From: an uncultured Candidatus Binatia bacterium
GTDB lineage: Bacteria > Desulfobacterota > Binatia > Bin18
Length of the DNA: 64,000 nucleotides
Reading direction: 5' to 3'
Assembly (NCBI GenBank): GCA_965214605.1
Contig: OZ243961.1
Span: 2,272,001-2,336,000, forward strand
Of this stretch, positions 58,974 to 64,000 are shown one piece after another. The translations under genes and the position numbers were made by a program. Within the stretch, counting starts at the first letter, position 1; each line of letters starts with the position of its first letter. The notes beneath the pieces are model-generated. The model saw nothing but the letters and a program-made list of their open reading frames with translations, did not search any database and was not told the origin of the DNA.

Positions 58974-59837
58974 TTAGAGAAACCGTTTTTGCAGCGTCTC
59001 GACTTCGGGCGTGCCGATAATGTGTTCGCGTTCGGCAAACGATACCATTTCGTCGACGAGAGCGGCGGTAGTGCCGTCTTGGCGAATGGCCGCGGCCGCG
59101 CGCTGCATAGCGTGAATGGCGGCCCGCTGCAAATCTGAGGGGACGATCATGATCCGGTAGCCCAAGGTGGCGAGTCGCTCGGCCGCTACCAGCGGCGTTT
59201 TCCCGCCCCAAAACATATTGATCAGCAGTGGAGTCTGAACGGCCTGGGCAATGCGTTCAATCTCTTCGAGTGACTGTGGGGCCTCGACAAAGACCATGTC
59301 CGCTCCGGCCTCGGCATAGGCCCTCCCCCGTTCGACCGCCGCCTCAAGGCCACTGACGGCTCTTGCGTCAGTGCGGGCAATAATGAGCAGGTGTTCACGG
59401 GCCTCAAGTGCGGCTCGAATTTTTTGGCACATCTCGTGAGTGCCGATAATCTCCTTGCCCTCGTAGTGACCGCAGCGCTTGGGTTCGACCTGATCTTCGA
59501 TATGGGCGGCGGCAGCACCGGCCTGTTCACAGGCGCGGACGGTCCGCACGACGTTGACCGCGTTGCCGTAGCCGGTATCGGCGTCCATGATGAGCGGCAG
59601 TCGGGTCACCGCGCGAATCTCTTCCAGCCGCTTGAGCATTTCGGTCTGGGTCACCAGGCCTAGGTCAGGATAGCCCATGCTGCGCGAGATCGCCCCGCCG
59701 CTGATGTACAAGGCTTCAAATCCCGCGGCCTCGGCAATCCGCGCCGACAGGCCGTCGTAGACACCGGGAGCGGTGAGGAGGGCGCCGCGGTTGAGGAGGG
59801 CTCGGAGCTGGTTTGGACCTTGGGTGGCTTGGAGCAT
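58974..59837 (-). CDS. Isocitrate lyase/PEP mutase family lyase (PrpB-like)
   Basis: DADTGYG, IEDQ..PKRCGH and ARTDA motifs. Confidence 0.9.
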   Translation of the reverse strand: MLQATQGPNQLRALLNRGALLTAPGVYDGLSARIAEAAGFEALYISGGAISRSMGYPDLGLVTQTEMLKRLEEIRAVTRLPLIMDADTGYGNAVNVVRTVRACEQAGAAAAHIEDQVEPKRCGHYEGKEIIGTHEMCQKIRAALEAREHLLIIARTDARAVSGLEAAVERGRAYAEAGADMVFVEAPQSLEEIERIAQAVQTPLLINMFWGGKTPLVAAERLATLGYRIMIVPSDLQRAAIHAMQRAAAAIRQDGTTAALVDEMVSFAEREHIIGTPEVETLQKRFL

Positions 59838-59839
59838 GT

Positions 59840-61348
59840 TTATTCTCGATGCTCCCGGGCAAACCGCGCCGCGTGCACCCCAGCCAGCCGGCCAAAGACC
59901 GCCCCGCGCATGAGGCCGGCTCCACCCGGATAGTTGTGATAGAAAAATCCGCCCGTCATCTCACCGGTGGCGAACAGACCCGGAATCGGTCGCTCGAGCT
60001 GGTCGACGACCACGGCGTCGGTGTTAATCCGAATCCCGCCAAACGTGAAGGTAATGCCCAGGCTGACCGCATAGGCACAAAACGGCGGCGTCTCAATGCG
60101 GGTGGCCCAGTTGGTTTTGTCGGGCTGTAGGCCCACGGTGTGTTTGCCGTCCAGAATGTCGGGGTTAAAATCGCCGTCTTGAACCGCCGCGTTATAGGCC
60201 TCAAGCGTCGCGAGGAAGCTGGCTTTGCGAAAGCCGAGCGCGCTGTAGCGCTGCTCGATCCGGTCGGCCAGGGCGGACAGGCTGTCGGCCACCACCGGCG
60301 TGCCGGTATTATAGCGCGTCTCCAACAGCGGTGTGGTTGTTTGGTCAAAGACCTGAAAAATGGTCGCCCGAGGCTGGCCCAAAATCTCTCGACCCATTTT
60401 GGCGTAGGTATACAGATTCAAATCCTCGCCCTCGTCAACAAAGCGTTCGCCCTCAAGATTGATCATGATTGAGAAGGGATACGACAGCCGGTTGGTCTTG
60501 TCGGTCAGCCGCAGCTCGCCGTAGCTCGGCGCGTCTGCGTCAATTGGCGTGGCGTGACAGCCGGCCCATTCGCCGTAACTCTGGGCACCGATGTCGAGTG
60601 CCTGTCGGATCATTTCGCCAGTATTAAAGCGCGTGCCGCGCACCTTGACCAGACTCCAGGGCGGGCCCAGGTAAGCCGTTCGCATCTCGGGGCTGGCCTG
60701 AAACCCGCCGCTGGCCAGCACCAGCGCCCGGCAGGCCAGGGTGCGGAGGCCGTCGGGTCCCCGCACCTCAAGACCGCAAATCCGTCCGCCTGAGGTGGTG
60801 ACAATACGTCCGGCCTGGGTCTCATATCGCACCGGAATATCGGCCTCGTCGGCCAGCCGAAAGAGCGTGCTCGATAGCAATACGCCCTCGCCTTTGGCCC
60901 GGAGCGCCCCACCTCGCGACAGCTTGACCTTTGAGGAGCCGGCGCTCGTGACCGCTCCCACCGCCCGGCTGAATTCCCAGCCCACTCCCAGGTCGGCCAT
61001 CCAGCGGACGGTGTCATAGGAACGATCGACCAAGGTTCGACTCAGCGCTGGATCGGTCCGGCCCCCGGTCACTCGCTCTAAATCCCGCAGATAGTCTTCG
61101 CGGGTGTATGGATCGAGCGACACGGTGCTGGGATCATCGTTTTCTCGTACCACCGCGATCAGCTCTTCGAGACTGTTATAGACGCAGCGAAACACACCGC
61201 CGGTGAAGCGCGTGTTGCCTCCACGCAGTTTCTTGGTGGCCTTCTCGAGCACGACGACCCGGGCGCCTTCGGCGCGGGCGGCCAGCGCCGCGGTAAAAGC
61301 CGCGTTGCCCGCCCCGACCACGATGACATCGAACGCTTCATGTGACAC
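59840..61348 (-). CDS. tcuA: FAD-dependent tricarballylate dehydrogenase-like protein
   Basis: GAGNAA, RGGNTRF, RFVDEG, ITFTFGG and NYPGGAGL motifs. Confidence 0.82.
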   Translation of the reverse strand: MSHEAFDVIVVGAGNAAFTAALAARAEGARVVVLEKATKKLRGGNTRFTGGVFRCVYNSLEELIAVVRENDDPSTVSLDPYTREDYLRDLERVTGGRTDPALSRTLVDRSYDTVRWMADLGVGWEFSRAVGAVTSAGSSKVKLSRGGALRAKGEGVLLSSTLFRLADEADIPVRYETQAGRIVTTSGGRICGLEVRGPDGLRTLACRALVLASGGFQASPEMRTAYLGPPWSLVKVRGTRFNTGEMIRQALDIGAQSYGEWAGCHATPIDADAPSYGELRLTDKTNRLSYPFSIMINLEGERFVDEGEDLNLYTYAKMGREILGQPRATIFQVFDQTTTPLLETRYNTGTPVVADSLSALADRIEQRYSALGFRKASFLATLEAYNAAVQDGDFNPDILDGKHTVGLQPDKTNWATRIETPPFCAYAVSLGITFTFGGIRINTDAVVVDQLERPIPGLFATGEMTGGFFYHNYPGGAGLMRGAVFGRLAGVHAARFAREHRE

Positions 61349-61737
61349 GGGCTCCTCCTTAAACTTATCGGCCGAGGTCTGGTGAGGCAGTCCGCAAAAC
61401 GCCAGCCTCCCCCGGCCAACTACACCTTTTGCGGCTTTGCATCAACAACGCGCCTGGCCGCTCACCAGACAGGGGACGCAACGTATCTGAGAAGGCCCAC
61501 GTGAGGATGTGGTTCGGCTAGAGCTCTAACCCCGGCCGAACTGCCAGTCTCAGACGTGGAAAAATACGGGCGGCCGCCACTATCCGTAGGGCGTCACGGT
61601 TGCGCGAAGCGCACGGAGAGCCGCTGCCGGGACTAACCAACAGATAGTGAGGTTCGAAAGGCTTGACCCACTAGGGCCGAGTAGCGTACAGGATAAGAGA
61701 GTGACTGCAGTCAAACACAAAAGTAAGGAGGGTTGTT

Positions 61738-62229
61738 ATGGCACGACCGAGAGGAATGTCCCATGTAGCGCTGTGTGCCCGTGACTTTGACCGCTCGCTG
61801 CATTTCTACCGTGATCTGCTCGGCTTTAAAGTTGCCCAGGAGGGCACCAACGTTGAGGGGCGGGACGAGGATCAGGGCATTTATCGCGTCAAAAATCGTA
61901 AGATTCGATTTGCCACCCTGCGTTATGGCCGGGCAAAAAAGGGACCGTACGGCATGACGGAAGACGCTCCGATTGTGGTTCTCATCGCCCCGGAAGGAAA
62001 GCCGCCGACCGGGCGCAGCATCAAGGTTGATCAGGTTGGCATCTCACACATCGGCTTTTGGGTCAAAGGGCTCAACGCAATGTACAAAGACCTCACGGCC
62101 AAAGGGGTCAAATTTGCCGCCGCGCCGCACGTCTTGGCCAAGACCAAAGAGGGCACCATCCGCAGCGCGTTTGCTGAGGATCCGGACGGCATTCTCATCC
62201 AACTCGACGAGATGGTCCCGGCCAAATAA
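61738..62229 (+). CDS. VOC/glyoxalase family protein
   Basis: HVAL...FYRDLLG, HIGF and DPDGILIQL motifs. Confidence 0.85.
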   Translation: MARPRGMSHVALCARDFDRSLHFYRDLLGFKVAQEGTNVEGRDEDQGIYRVKNRKIRFATLRYGRAKKGPYGMTEDAPIVVLIAPEGKPPTGRSIKVDQVGISHIGFWVKGLNAMYKDLTAKGVKFAAAPHVLAKTKEGTIRSAFAEDPDGILIQLDEMVPAK

Positions 62230-62235
62230 CACGCC

Positions 62236-63000
62236 CTAGCTCGCGCCTTCAGGGGTGCCGGTCCGGATTGCGCGGGCTCGGGCTTCCATCTCTTGCGCCT
62301 CGGCCTCGCGCTCCATCTTTCTCAGCAGCCCGGCATAGACCTCCAACGCGGCCGCCACCGCCGGGTGCTTTAGCCCCAGCGTTTCTTCTCTGATTGTCAG
62401 TGCCCGCTGAAAAACCGCCTCGGCCTCTGGATAGCGCCCCTGGCCGCAGTAGGTTTCCCCGAGGCCGACGAGACTGCTGGCGACGGACGGATGGTGGGGG
62501 CCAAAGGCGTCTTCCCTGATGTCCAAGGAGCGCTTAAACAGCGCCTCGGCCTCGGTATAGTGGCTCTGGTCGCCGTAAATTGCCGCCAGGTTGTTGAGGC
62601 TGTTGGTGAGACTCATGTGGCGCGAGCCGTGAAGATTCTCTTTGATCGCCAGGGAGCGCTTGATGAGGGCTTCGGCCTCCTCGTACAGACTCCGGTCCCG
62701 ACACAGCGAGGCCAGGTTGTTGAGGCTCTGAGCGACGAGCAGGTGGGTGGGATCGAGCAGCGCTTCTCGAATGGCCAAGGCGCGTCGATACAGGGGCTCG
62801 GCCTGGTCGTATTTCTTCTGGTTGTGATACAGATTGGCCAGATTGTTCAGGATTAGGGCCAGGTGCAGGTCTCCCTCGCCGGAATTTTCCATCTCTTTGA
62901 GGGCGGCCAGAAAGAGTTTCTCGGCTTCGGCGTAACGGCCCTGCAGGTAGAGCTGGGTCGCGGCGTGATTGTTGGTCTCCCAGCGCGAATCGTCGCTCAT
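62236..63000 (-). CDS. Tetratricopeptide repeat protein (42-aa kinesin-light-chain-type repeats)
   Basis: Repeated SLNNLA.LY..Q..Y.EAE.L..RAL.IRE...G..HP. Confidence 0.9.
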   Translation of the reverse strand: MSDDSRWETNNHAATQLYLQGRYAEAEKLFLAALKEMENSGEGDLHLALILNNLANLYHNQKKYDQAEPLYRRALAIREALLDPTHLLVAQSLNNLASLCRDRSLYEEAEALIKRSLAIKENLHGSRHMSLTNSLNNLAAIYGDQSHYTEAEALFKRSLDIREDAFGPHHPSVASSLVGLGETYCGQGRYPEAEAVFQRALTIREETLGLKHPAVAAALEVYAGLLRKMEREAEAQEMEARARAIRTGTPEGAS

Positions 63001-63499
63001 GATCTCATCCCTCTATGCTATCAACCCGTTGCGTATACCGAGGCCGAACTGATCGTCCGGCCGGGTGCCATAAAATTCATGAAAAAATACTAGCCTGAGT
63101 AGGCGGGCAGGGCTAGTTGCTTCCACCGTCATGCAGGACAGGCGGTAGAGGCGGTTCATGTACAGCGTGTGCAAGGGCCGACCGCCGGCAGAAATGGGGG
63201 GAGCGGGAAACGGGGCGGGACAGGGAGGTTGAGGCGGCCCGTGTATCATCTTCCCATGCAAAACGGGACACGGCCGCCGACCCGATCCGTTGGCTCTGCC
63301 CGGGAGCGGTAGGATGGAGCAGGAGGCGCGGATACAGGTGGGGCTGCTATAGTGCCAAGGAGAATCTCGGCCCCCGCACCGCCCCGTCATACGTAGATTC
63401 CCGGGCCTGTGTCTTGGGTTCTTGGTTGTGGCTTCCTCATTGACTCGTCATGCTTGAGGGCGACGGGGCCGACCTGTCCGGCATTGGCGTGGTCTCAAG

Positions 63500-63900
63500 C
63501 TGAGAGTCTGAGGTCACGGGAACCGTCTTCCCGATTCCGAAGTCCGGGCCGCGCCTAGTTTGGCTGTCGAACGCCGCCCGCGCGATCATCGACGCCATCC
63601 CGCACTATAGCCCCGATTGCCCCTTCGTGTTTGCGGCCCGGCCCGCCACGCGCACAGCGACAACGTCGAATACCAATGGCACCGCATCTGCACTGCCCGG
63701 ATTGCGGATTCATGACCTGTGGAACTCCTAGGCCTCGAGTGTCGCCGTGAACGGCGTCGCCATGGTGATCATCGCAAAATTGCTAGGCCATGCCCTGATC
63801 AAGATCACCAAGTGTTGTACCCATCTGTCCGACCAGTCCGTTGCGGACGCCGCGGACCGGGAGGCAGGGCGCATCCATGGGGCCCTGGCCGGAACCGGAG
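63500..63900 (+). pseudogene. C-terminal remnant of a tyrosine recombinase/integrase
   Basis: PGLRIHDLWNS*ASS (HDLRH decayed) and IAKLLGHA...TKCCTH (catalytic Tyr lost). Confidence 0.75.
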
Positions 63901-63908
63901 GGCGGAGC

Positions 63909-64000
63909 ATGCCCAGGGTTGACCTCACGGCGCGGGTCGTCCGAGAGAGCAGCTCCTGCGATAAGGACACCATCCTGTTCGACCGGGCCACACCCGGCTT
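63909..64000 (+). mobile_element. Start of a second integrase-like ORF (arm-DNA-binding N-terminus), truncated by the window end
   Basis: MPRVDLTARVVRE...DTILFDRATPG resembles the N-termini of arm-binding integrases. Confidence 0.5.

Noticed and set aside
58963-59211. Long Arg-rich N-terminal extension of the PrpD-family ORF
   Set aside because: It overlaps the lyase gene in another frame; the real start is probably GTG 58962.

Overview
This is a GC-rich bacterial window with three parts. The many LLM oxidoreductases, CoA-transferases and a eukaryote-like TPR protein suggest a host- or sponge-associated lineage, which is inference only. (1) Positions 1-13.3 kb are a defence island: a Druantia type I-like operon on the minus strand (druA, a probable druB-druC fusion, druD, and a >1770-aa DruE helicase with DUF1998 that runs off the window), followed by a decayed SNF2-helicase::type III Mod methyltransferase chimera. 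(2) Metabolic genes flank the CRISPR locus, including a UGA-recoded UGSC-type selenoprotein with a SECIS-like hairpin, copAB, msrP and a tcuA-ICL/PEPM-PrpD cluster. A candidate sigma54-driven sRNA also lies here. (3) Positions 29.76-45.14 kb hold a complete type I-E CRISPR-Cas locus with 97 repeats. The most notable feature is that its Cas11 (Cse2) subunit is fused in frame to an N-terminal VRR-NUC/PD-(D/E)XK nuclease with intact catalytic motifs, while Cas3 is retained. Between cas3 and cas8e is a divergent one-spacer mini-array whose spacer seed matches the -10 region of the Cascade promoter next to an AAT PAM, consistent with CRISPR-like RNA autoregulation. All family assignments come from recognising motifs by eye; no searches were run.
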